A DNA stretch of 32,000 nt. Source: an uncultured Bacteroidales bacterium (GTDB lineage Bacteria; Bacteroidota; Bacteroidia; Bacteroidales; UBA3663). This document shows positions 7,018 through 13,951 of this stretch, piece by piece. The notes under the pieces are model-generated. The model saw nothing but the letters and a program-made list of their open reading frames with translations, was not told where the DNA came from and did no database searches. The position numbers and the translations under genes are program-made. Location of the stretch: positions 1 through 32,000 of the forward strand of contig CAJOLH010000025.1 of the NCBI GenBank assembly GCA_905235375.1, given 5' to 3'. Within the stretch, counting starts at the first letter, position 1. Every line of letters starts with the position of its first letter.

Positions 7018-7300
7018 TTTTTCTTTTAACACGAATTATCGCGAATTATCATTAATTTTGCAGCGCAGTCCACTGGGTCTCCCTTGGACGAACAAGATTC
7101 CGTGTCTTTCGTGTATTCCGTGGTAGATACCTCCAACGTTCTTTTTTATCGAACACGGAAGACACCGAAGACACGGAAAATTAGCGGGTCACAATGGAGG
7201 CCTGAGTGCGTTTCTGCGTCGCACTCAGGACGGAAGACACTGAGGCTTGACGTTACACAAATAATTCATGTATATTCATGATAATTCGTGTTAAGAAAAA
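7018..7300. other. inverted-repeat-bounded ~283-bp non-coding element (candidate invertible promoter, MITE-like element or structured sRNA locus)
   Basis: Perfect 15-bp inverted repeat TTAACACGAATTATC (7026..7040) / GATAATTCGTGTTAA (7280..7294), extendable to ~23 nt with one 2-nt indel. Inside are a long hairpin (7098..7122 pairing with 7154..7178, 22 of 25 positions) and a perfect 10-bp stem (7201..7210 with 7220..7229). The only ORF is a TTG-initiated 65-aa one with no protein-like character. Confidence 0.5.
7053..7060 (+). promoter_or_regulatory. candidate -7 promoter box with no ORF downstream
   Basis: TAATTTTGcagc on the plus strand, the same extended form as the murI (TATATTTGcagc) and DUF4143-gene (TATCTTTGcagc) boxes. 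Structured RNA follows it rather than an ATG. A 16/17 copy of AATTATCATTAATTTTG recurs at 7311..7327. Confidence 0.35.
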
Positions 7301-7368
7301 TGACGCATATAATTATCGTTAATTTTGGTTACATACTTATCAACTGAGAGTGGGAATATTAATTGTCT

Positions 7369-8970
7369 TTATGACTGTGTTTTCCACTCTGTGATATTGC
7401 GTTCCTTGGAGTTGAAGCAGATGCCTACCTTGGTAATTGGACGACCATCGAGGGCGTACTTGTTGGCATAGCCCCGCTGATTGATTTGCTCAAGGGCAGC
7501 CTCGGCACTTCCGTCGTATTTCAGTTCCATCACGTAGATGCCTTTTGGCATAAGCAGTGTGAGGTCGCTTCGCCCCTTCGCACTGGGTTCCTCGGCACGT
7601 ATGTCGGCACCGAAGGCGGTGAGCAAGGTGTAAAGCAAAGCGTGGTAATAGTGTTCGTTGCGATTGTCGGCCTCCCAATGATAGGGCACACCTGCGAAGA
7701 ATGTCTTGATGGCTTCGATGAAAGCGGGAAGATCAGCACTAAAACGGAATCGGGCATACGCATTGAAGAGCACACTGCGGTTGGTCTCACTGCCCTTACC
7801 AATCACATGTCTATAAAGACACTCGGCAAAGCCTCGACGCACTTCCTGGTTGGGGATTCCAAGCTTATAGAAGTAATCTCCCATTTCCCCTTCGCAACTC
7901 CTGATGGTCAAATAGCCACTCTGGTAGAGAATAGGCAAAGGATCCTCGAAGCTCTCGAAGGGGAGGTCGAACATGGTACTACTATAAATGTTATCCTCGA
8001 TGGTCGAAATATCTACAGGCGGCATTTGTGCCAGCATGTCGATGAGTGCACCACTGGTGCCACGGTCGAACCAGTAGTCAGATTCCTTGCCCGTGTCGAA
8101 GGCATTGATGAGACTGAAGGGATTGTAAATGTCGGTCAATGCTTCGCTGAAATGGTAGCCATCGTAACGTGATTTCAGATGCGCAAACATTTCACCATAA
8201 CTAATCTGATTACGATTGGCCATCCATTCGATGTCAGACTTCAGTACACTCGTCAATTCCTCCTCGCTGATACCGCAAAGTGAGTCATAAGCTGGAACCA
8301 TGGAGATATTCTTCAGGTTATTGAGTTTCGAGAACACTCCCATCTGCGAGAACTTCGAAATACCCGTAATGAACACAAACTGCAGGTGATCGTCCTCGGC
8401 CTTCAATGGGCCGAAGAGGTTCTGGAAACGATGACGGGCTAAATCTACTTTCTCAGCATTGCCCAAAGCATGGAGGATGAAGTTGTCATATTCATCAACA
8501 AGCACAACAGCACGCTTACCCGTTTGTTCGTGGCTGGTACGCAGAAGGGTCACCATGCGCAAATTGATTCCCATCTTGTCTCTATGGCTGATGCCATATA
8601 ACCGCTCATAGCTACTCAATGTCACATCTATCATTTCATCAAGTTGCTCGATATCGCGTAAATCGCCTGCACTGAAGTCGAAATGAAAGACGGGGTACTT
8701 CTCCCATTTCCACTTGGTGGTTGCAATGAAGAGCTGCGGCTGCTCAATGCCGTCTTCTGTGGTGAAGGCCTCGAACAGTTCGCGACGACCTTCGAAGACA
8801 GCTGCCAGAGTAGAAACCAGCAAAGACTTCCCGAAACGGCGCGGACGGCTCAGGAAATAGGGACAGCCCTCGGTAATCATCTTGTAGATAAGGGCTGTTT
8901 TGTCAACATACAAATATCCGTCTTTACGGATCTTCTCAAAGCTCTGTATGCCTACGGGATATTTTCTCAT
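7369..8970 (-). CDS. predicted AAA-ATPase-like protein with a C-terminal PD-(D/E)xK nuclease domain (AAA-ATPase_like + PDDEXK_9-type architecture)
   Basis: ORF track, 533 aa, ATG start. The N-terminus MRKYPVGIQSFEKIRKDGYLYVDKT...YFLSRPRRFGKSLLVS is typical of this family; GKS is Walker A. Walker B is VVLVDEYD. The C-terminal RSDLTLL...YVMELKYD is a D...ExK motif. Recognised from memory. Confidence 0.85.
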   Translation of the reverse strand: MRKYPVGIQSFEKIRKDGYLYVDKTALIYKMITEGCPYFLSRPRRFGKSLLVSTLAAVFEGRRELFEAFTTEDGIEQPQLFIATTKWKWEKYPVFHFDFSAGDLRDIEQLDEMIDVTLSSYERLYGISHRDKMGINLRMVTLLRTSHEQTGKRAVVLVDEYDNFILHALGNAEKVDLARHRFQNLFGPLKAEDDHLQFVFITGISKFSQMGVFSKLNNLKNISMVPAYDSLCGISEEELTSVLKSDIEWMANRNQISYGEMFAHLKSRYDGYHFSEALTDIYNPFSLINAFDTGKESDYWFDRGTSGALIDMLAQMPPVDISTIEDNIYSSTMFDLPFESFEDPLPILYQSGYLTIRSCEGEMGDYFYKLGIPNQEVRRGFAECLYRHVIGKGSETNRSVLFNAYARFRFSADLPAFIEAIKTFFAGVPYHWEADNRNEHYYHALLYTLLTAFGADIRAEEPSAKGRSDLTLLMPKGIYVMELKYDGSAEAALEQINQRGYANKYALDGRPITKVGICFNSKERNITEWKTQS

Positions 8971-9004
8971 GATGTTAAAAGGTGTTAGCGGGAGTTAATG
9001 GGAG

Positions 9005-9526
9005 TTAGCGGGCGATACTAAAGTTTCTCTTCCAGACTTCGAAGGTCATCGAATAATCGTTGTTCCCGTCGGCGGGGACATCGGTGGAGCTGATGCAGGT
9101 CATGCCCTCGGGAATTGGAGGAATGCTGGCATCAAAGTCTTCGACATGGGTATGGACACGAGTCAAGTAGATGCAGTCGGCGTCGTTCCATGCCTGATTG
9201 TAGATTTGAGCGCCACCTATCACGAAGCTGTCGGCGGGACTGTGCTCAATAGCCTCGATGAGGGAATGATAGACTTCGACCGAGGTTCCTGGCTTGAGGT
9301 TGCTCATCACTTCTTCGGAGACATGGAAGAGGGCATCGTGCGTCACCACCACATTGCGTCGGCCTGGCAAAGGACGACCGATGGACTCGTAGGTCTTGCG
9401 GCCCATGATGACGGTGTGGCCTTTGGTCGTGGCCTTGAAGTACTGCAGGTCGGCACGCAGGTGCCAGGGCATCGTGCCCTGGTTGCCGATGGCGTTGTTC
9501 TCGGATGCTGCGACGATGATGTTCAT
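9005..9526 (-). CDS. folA: dihydrofolate reductase
   Basis: ORF track, 173 aa, ATG start. MNIIVAASENNAIGNQGTMPWHLRADLQYFKATTKGHTVIMGRKTYESIGRPLPGRRNVVVT is the classic DHFR pattern. Confidence 0.9.
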   Translation of the reverse strand: MNIIVAASENNAIGNQGTMPWHLRADLQYFKATTKGHTVIMGRKTYESIGRPLPGRRNVVVTHDALFHVSEEVMSNLKPGTSVEVYHSLIEAIEHSPADSFVIGGAQIYNQAWNDADCIYLTRVHTHVEDFDASIPPIPEGMTCISSTDVPADGNNDYSMTFEVWKRNFSIAR

Positions 9527-9550
9527 GCGCTACGGTTTTTGTGTTTATTT

Positions 9551-10437
9551 TCTACGGAGTGTTTATTTCTCTACGGACTTCAGGGGACTTATTGGACTCG
9601 CTACGCGCATCGGGCTAATCCTGAGGGTCTATGGAGTCTTTTCTCTACGGACTTTAGGGACTTTGGGGACTTCGCTACGCGCTTCGGGTCAATCCCGAGG
9701 GTCTATGGAGTTTTTCTCTACGGACTTCAGGGACTTTGGGGACTCGCTACGCGCTTCGGGCTAATTCTGAGGGGCTATGGAGTCTTTTCTCTACGGACTT
9801 CAGGGACATTGGGGACTTCGCTATGCGCATCGGGCTAATCCCGAGGGTCTATGGAGTTTTTCTCTACGGACTTCAGGGACTTTAGGGACTCGCTACGCGC
9901 ATCGGGCTAATCCTGAGGGGCTATGGAGTTTTTCTCTACGGACTTCAGGGACTTCGGGGACTTCGCTACGCGCTTCGGGCTAATCCTGAGGGGCTATGGA
10001 GTCTTTTCTCTACGGACTTCAGGGACTTCGGGGACTTCGATACGCGCTTCGGGTCAATCCCGAGGGTCTATGGAGTCTTTTCTCTACGGACTTCGGGGAC
10101 TTCGCTACGCGATTCGGGTCAATCCTGAGGGTCTATGGACTTTTTTCTCTAAGGACTTTAGGGACTTATTGGACTCGCTACGCGCATCGGGCTAATCCTG
10201 AGGGTCTATGGATTCTTTTCTCTACGGACTTTAGGGACTTCGGGGACTTCGCTACGCGCATCGGGCTAATCCTGAGGGTCTATGGAGTCTTTTCTCTACG
10301 GACTTCGGGGACTTCGCTACGCGATTCGGGTCAATCCTGAGGGTCTATGGAGTCTTTTCTCTACGGACTTCAGGGACTTCGGGGACTTTTAGTGGGCAGA
10401 AATTGGGGACGGGGAAAGTCCTTTTAGTCCGTAGATT
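9551..10437. repeat. ~73-bp tandem repeat array (11 units plus a terminal hairpin cap)
   Basis: Units start with TCTCTACGGAC at 9568, 9642, 9715, 9788, 9861, 9933, 10007, 10081, 10146, 10219 and 10293. Lengths are 72-74 nt, with two 65-nt units lacking one GGGACTT sub-repeat. The terminal unit starts at 10358 and folds back (TCTACGGACT 10360..10369 pairs with AGTCCGTAGA 10426..10435). Confidence 0.9.
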
Positions 10438-10477
10438 TATTTATTTCCTATAGAGAAATATAATCGCAGAGATTGAT

Positions 10478-10858
10478 TTATCGTGCGTAGGGATTTACCA
10501 CTGTGTGGATGCCATCACGAAGGTCTTCTTCATTGAAATTGATGACGTAACCCAATTCGCAATTCTTCATACGCAAGTAGGTATAGAGCTGCTTTTCAAA
10601 AACCTTGCGATATTCGCTTACGGATTTCAATTCGAGGATGACCTTATTGTCAACGATAAGATCAAGACGAAGATCGGCTTGCAGTTTTTTGTCTCTATAA
10701 ACGACGGGAACGGGGACCTGACGCTCTACGGTAAAGCCCTGAATTTGCAGTTCATAGGCTAAGGCTTCCTCATAAATGCTCTCCAGAAGGCCAGGCCCTA
10801 ATTCGTCAAAGACGTCGTAGGCGCAACGCAATAGTCTATATGTATAATTTCTATCCAT
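10478..10858 (-). CDS. GxxExxY-family small PD-(D/E)xK nuclease-like protein
   Basis: ORF track, 126 aa, ATG start. GPGLLESIYEEAL contains the GxxExxY signature, and DLRLDLIVDNKVILELKSV is a D...ExK motif. Family recognised from memory. Confidence 0.85.
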   Translation of the reverse strand: MDRNYTYRLLRCAYDVFDELGPGLLESIYEEALAYELQIQGFTVERQVPVPVVYRDKKLQADLRLDLIVDNKVILELKSVSEYRKVFEKQLYTYLRMKNCELGYVINFNEEDLRDGIHTVVNPYAR

Positions 10859-10901
10859 ATTCGTTTTTTATCTACGTTATTCTTCTCTGTGTATTCTTTT
10901 T

Positions 10902-11105
10902 TCTACGGACTTTAGGGACATTAAGGACTTCGCTACGCGCATCGGGCTAGTCCTGAGGGTCTATGGACTTTTTTCTACGGACTTCAGGGACTTATTGGAC
11001 TTTTAGTGGGTAGAGATTGGGGACAGACAAGCGTTGACGCGCGTTAGCGAAGTCCTTTAAGTCCTTTTAGTCCGTAGATTTAATACATTGTTATGTCCGT
11101 AGAGA
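10902..11105. repeat. second block of the 73-bp repeat family: one unit, a 105-nt hairpin cap and an extra inverted core
   Basis: The unit is at 10902..10973. In the cap, TCTACGGACT (10974..10983) pairs with AGTCCGTAGA (11069..11078). An additional GTCCGTAGAGA lies at 11095..11105. The block is homologous to 10285..10465. Confidence 0.85.
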
Positions 11106-11120
11106 AAGAGAGCCTGAGAA

Positions 11121-12431
11121 TCACTCTACATAGAGAACGAGGCCTTTGAGGTACTCGCTTTCGGGATGGTAGATGTTGATGGGATGGTCGGCAGGCTGGT
11201 GGAGCTGATAGAGGATACGAACGCGGCGACCTACTTGGGCAGCAGCACTGAAGACAGCGCAACGGAAATCTTCCTTGGTCACCACCTGAGAGCAGGAGAA
11301 GGTGAAGAGGATGCTGCCCGAAGGCATTCGTTCGAGGGCTGCGGCGTTGAGTTTCTGATAGCCGCGCAAGGCATTGTGAAGCACTTTCTTGTGCTTGGCA
11401 AATGCAGGCGGATCGAGGATAACGAGGTCGTAGGGGAAAGACTCTCCCACGTTTGAACATGCATCTCCTTCGGCAACGGTAAAGCGGAAGGGATCCCTAA
11501 GGAAATCGAAGGCATCTGCCACAAATGCCTGATGACGCGAATCGCCCGGGAAGTTCAACTCCACGTTGGCATTGGTGATGCTGATGGCCTGCTTCGAGAC
11601 ATCGACGGAATGAACCAGTTCAGCGCCACCACGCATGGCATAGAACGAGAAGCCTCCCGTGTAGCAGAACATATTGAGTACACGACGTCCACGTGCAAAA
11701 TGCTCGACAAGGGCACGGTTCTCGCGCTGATCGACAAAGAACCCGGTCTTCTGCCCCTTGAGCCAATCGACATGGAACTTCAATCCGTTTTCGAGGGCCA
11801 CATCGCTGATGGATTGTTCGAGCGCACGACCTTGGGCAGCATCTGCAACGGGTTTGCCATCGATAATAAGATAGCCATTCACCGAATTGCCTTCCGCCTC
11901 AGCCTCCTGACGCGCTTCGGTCTTGTAGCCCAAGGTGGTCTCCGACTTGTAATAGACGTTGCGAATCTCGGCACCAGCCACACGAATCAAGTCCTCGGCC
12001 AACGCCTCGCGAATGTAATGAATGCCTGCAGTATGCGCCTGCATCACAGCAGTATGGGCATAAACATCGATAATCAGTCCCGGCAAGCCATCGCCTTCGC
12101 CATGAACGAGACGATAGGCATTGTTGTCGTCGCGAATAAGCCCCAACGACTGGCGCAACCCGTAGGCCGACTGCAAACGACGCAGGAAGAACTCATCATC
12201 AAATTCGTCTTCATCGAACGAGAAGATTCTCACTGCGATGGAACCTATCTGATACTGTCCTAATGCGAGAAATTCGCCTTGCGAAGACACAACACGCACC
12301 CAATCGCCCTCCTCAGGTTGGACCTCGCTGCCAAACTCATCCTCCATCCGATAGATAGCACCTGAGAAGACCCAGGGATGGAAGCGAAGCAGCGATTCTT
12401 CCTTTCTATGTTTCAGAACTATCGTGGTCAT
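11121..12431 (-). CDS. rlmI: class I SAM-dependent rRNA (cytosine-C5) methyltransferase, RlmI-like (PUA + MTase)
   Basis: ORF track, 436 aa, ATG start. EESLLRFHPWVFSGAIY matches the RlmI N-terminal signature. VLNMFCYTGGFS and ILDPPAF are SAM-MTase motifs. Confidence 0.75.
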   Translation of the reverse strand: MTTIVLKHRKEESLLRFHPWVFSGAIYRMEDEFGSEVQPEEGDWVRVVSSQGEFLALGQYQIGSIAVRIFSFDEDEFDDEFFLRRLQSAYGLRQSLGLIRDDNNAYRLVHGEGDGLPGLIIDVYAHTAVMQAHTAGIHYIREALAEDLIRVAGAEIRNVYYKSETTLGYKTEARQEAEAEGNSVNGYLIIDGKPVADAAQGRALEQSISDVALENGLKFHVDWLKGQKTGFFVDQRENRALVEHFARGRRVLNMFCYTGGFSFYAMRGGAELVHSVDVSKQAISITNANVELNFPGDSRHQAFVADAFDFLRDPFRFTVAEGDACSNVGESFPYDLVILDPPAFAKHKKVLHNALRGYQKLNAAALERMPSGSILFTFSCSQVVTKEDFRCAVFSAAAQVGRRVRILYQLHQPADHPINIYHPESEYLKGLVLYVE

Positions 12432-12443
12432 TGCCGAGTGATG

Positions 12444-13802
12444 TTAGCCGAACAGCGGTTGGATGATGAATTTCCAGATATCGTTGAGATTGACAAAGAG
12501 CATCAGTGCGATGATGATGGCGAAACCAATCATCTGAGCACGCTCCTTGGCCTTGTCGCTGATGGGGCGACGAATGATGGCTTCGATGAGCAGGATGAAG
12601 ATGTGACCACCGTCAAGACCCGGGATGGGCAGGATGTTCATGAACGCCAATGCTACCGAGAAGAATGCCGTCATGGCCCAGAACTGCAACCACTGCCACG
12701 TGTCGGGGAAGATGGAGCCCATCGTACCGAAACCACCCAACGACTCTGCACCTTCTTTGGTAAAGACGAGTTTGAACTGGCGCACGTAATTGTAGAGCAT
12801 ATTCCAGCCTCGCTTGATGCCGGCAGGAATCGATTCGAGGAAGGTGTAGTCGATATGGGTGAACACATCTTCGGTCATATAATTATGGAAGAATGCACCC
12901 ATCTTGCCCTCTTCGCTGACGAGCATCGTGGCCGACATGAGCGAATCGCCGCGATAGAAATCGACTGTAAGTGAATCGCCCTTGTGCGACATCAGCGCGA
13001 GGGTGACCTCATGACGAAGCATCGTGAGCGAGTCGCCTGCCAAGAGTCCTGCCTTCTCTGCAGGACTATCGGGCATGATCGAATCGATGACGAAAGGCAT
13101 ACGGGCGATGGCGAACAGTTCGAGCTGGAGATTATCACGAAGGAAGACCTGACCGATAGTGTCGGGCAGGGCAATCTTCACTTCCTGACCATCGCGACGC
13201 ACCGTGACATCGTTGGCGAGCAACAGGTTGCTATTGAGACGTGTATAGTCGGTGGTCTTGCCATCGACAGCGAGTATCTGATCGCCAGGACGGAAACCTA
13301 TCTGCTGGGCATACTCGGAATATTCTATACCGAAAGGCAGGTTCTCGATCTTGATGATGTCTGAGCCCCAATGCCATGCCATGCAGATGTAGATGAGGAC
13401 TGCCAAAATCAGGTTGTTGAGCACACCACCCACCATGATCATGAACTGTGCGAACTTGCCACGCTTGGCAAACGCATCGTCACGATCGGTTTCGGCATGT
13501 TCGGCATCATGCGTCTCATCGACCATGCCCACGATAGCACAATATCCACCGAGGGGTACCCAGCCAATGCCATATTCGGTGTCGCTGGGATTGGGACGGA
13601 AGCTGACCTTTCGGTTACAAACGAAGATGCCTTCCTTGTTCCATTTCAAGAAGGAGAAACTATAGGCATCGAAGAAGAGATAGAACTTCTCGACACCCAC
13701 CTTGAAGATACGGGCCCACATGAAATGTCCCAGCTCATGCACAAAAACCAGAATAGACAGCGAAACGATGAGCTGCAGGGCCTTGAATAATATTGTTTCC
13801 AA
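12444..13802 (-). CDS. rseP: RIP site-2 zinc metalloprotease RseP
   Basis: ORF track, 452 aa. HELGHF (HExxH) lies in the first TM segment, there is a PDZ-like middle region, and NILPIPGLDGGH lies near the C-terminus. The start codon is TTG (plus caa at 13800..13802). An in-frame TAA lies 3 codons upstream, so no ATG extension is possible. Confidence 0.85.
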   Translation of the reverse strand: METILFKALQLIVSLSILVFVHELGHFMWARIFKVGVEKFYLFFDAYSFSFLKWNKEGIFVCNRKVSFRPNPSDTEYGIGWVPLGGYCAIVGMVDETHDAEHAETDRDDAFAKRGKFAQFMIMVGGVLNNLILAVLIYICMAWHWGSDIIKIENLPFGIEYSEYAQQIGFRPGDQILAVDGKTTDYTRLNSNLLLANDVTVRRDGQEVKIALPDTIGQVFLRDNLQLELFAIARMPFVIDSIMPDSPAEKAGLLAGDSLTMLRHEVTLALMSHKGDSLTVDFYRGDSLMSATMLVSEEGKMGAFFHNYMTEDVFTHIDYTFLESIPAGIKRGWNMLYNYVRQFKLVFTKEGAESLGGFGTMGSIFPDTWQWLQFWAMTAFFSVALAFMNILPIPGLDGGHIFILLIEAIIRRPISDKAKERAQMIGFAIIIALMLFVNLNDIWKFIIQPLFG

Positions 13803-13812
13803 TGTTTTTTAA

Positions 13813-13858
13813 GGGGAGTAAAAAAGGGGAGTAAAAGAGGAGTAAAAAGGGAGTAAAA
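13813..13858. repeat. four tandem copies of G(G)GGAGTAAAA (period 10-13 nt) in the dxr-rseP spacer
   Basis: GGGGAGTAAAAAA GGGGAGTAAAAGA GGAGTAAAAA GGGAGTAAAA read directly. The spacer continues with further short direct repeats: ATACCGTAAT x2, TTTCGGAAT-like x2 and AACCATTCAA x2. Confidence 0.7.
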
Positions 13859-13951
13859 TTAGGACAAGTTTGCGGAATACCGTAATAATGGGATACCGTA
13901 ATTTCGGAATTTCGGGCCTATCAGAACCATTCAAAACCTTTCAAACCAATC

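Noticed and set aside
7084-7281. 65-aa ORF inside the inverted-repeat-bounded element as a small protein gene
   Set aside because: It starts at TTG, its sequence merely reflects the hairpin arms (RTRKTPKTRK), and it spans both stems. An RNA or DNA structural role is more plausible.
7018-7300. Retron msr/msd or DGR template/variable-repeat interpretation of the structured element and the repeat arrays
   Set aside because: No reverse transcriptase ORF is present anywhere in the window. The arrays show no adenine-specific mismatch pattern between a template and a coding target.
7486-8988. ORFs 7486..8172 (+), 8683..8988 (+), 7490..7678 (-) and 7530..7802 (-)
   Set aside because: They are antisense or alternative frames of the 533-aa AAA-ATPase-like/PDDEXK gene and have no independent motifs.
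9146-10340. Plus-strand ORFs 9146..9838, 9396..9764, 9777..9983, 9923..10195 and 9996..10340
   Set aside because: They are frames running through the 73-bp repeat units, with the frame rotating from unit to unit, and through the antisense of folA. The sequences are low-complexity and have no recognisable protein features.
5240-10435. A shared core GTCCGTAG/CTACGGAC in both the 42-bp and 73-bp repeat families as evidence that they are one family
   Set aside because: Apart from that, only an 8-mer (plus a 9-mer, CGTTGACGC, in the cap-2 loop) is shared. For two ~50-100-nt consensus sequences compared on both strands, this can arise by chance. I note it but do not claim homology.
11166-13790. 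Plus-strand ORFs inside rlmI and rseP (11166..11456, 11532..12263, 12378..12974, 12984..13364, 13371..13790, 13393..13665), plus minus-strand alternative-frame ORFs
   Set aside because: They are shadow ORFs typical of moderately GC-rich coding DNA. The overlapping minus-strand genes have unambiguous family signatures (RlmI N-terminal motif; HExxH and LDG motifs).
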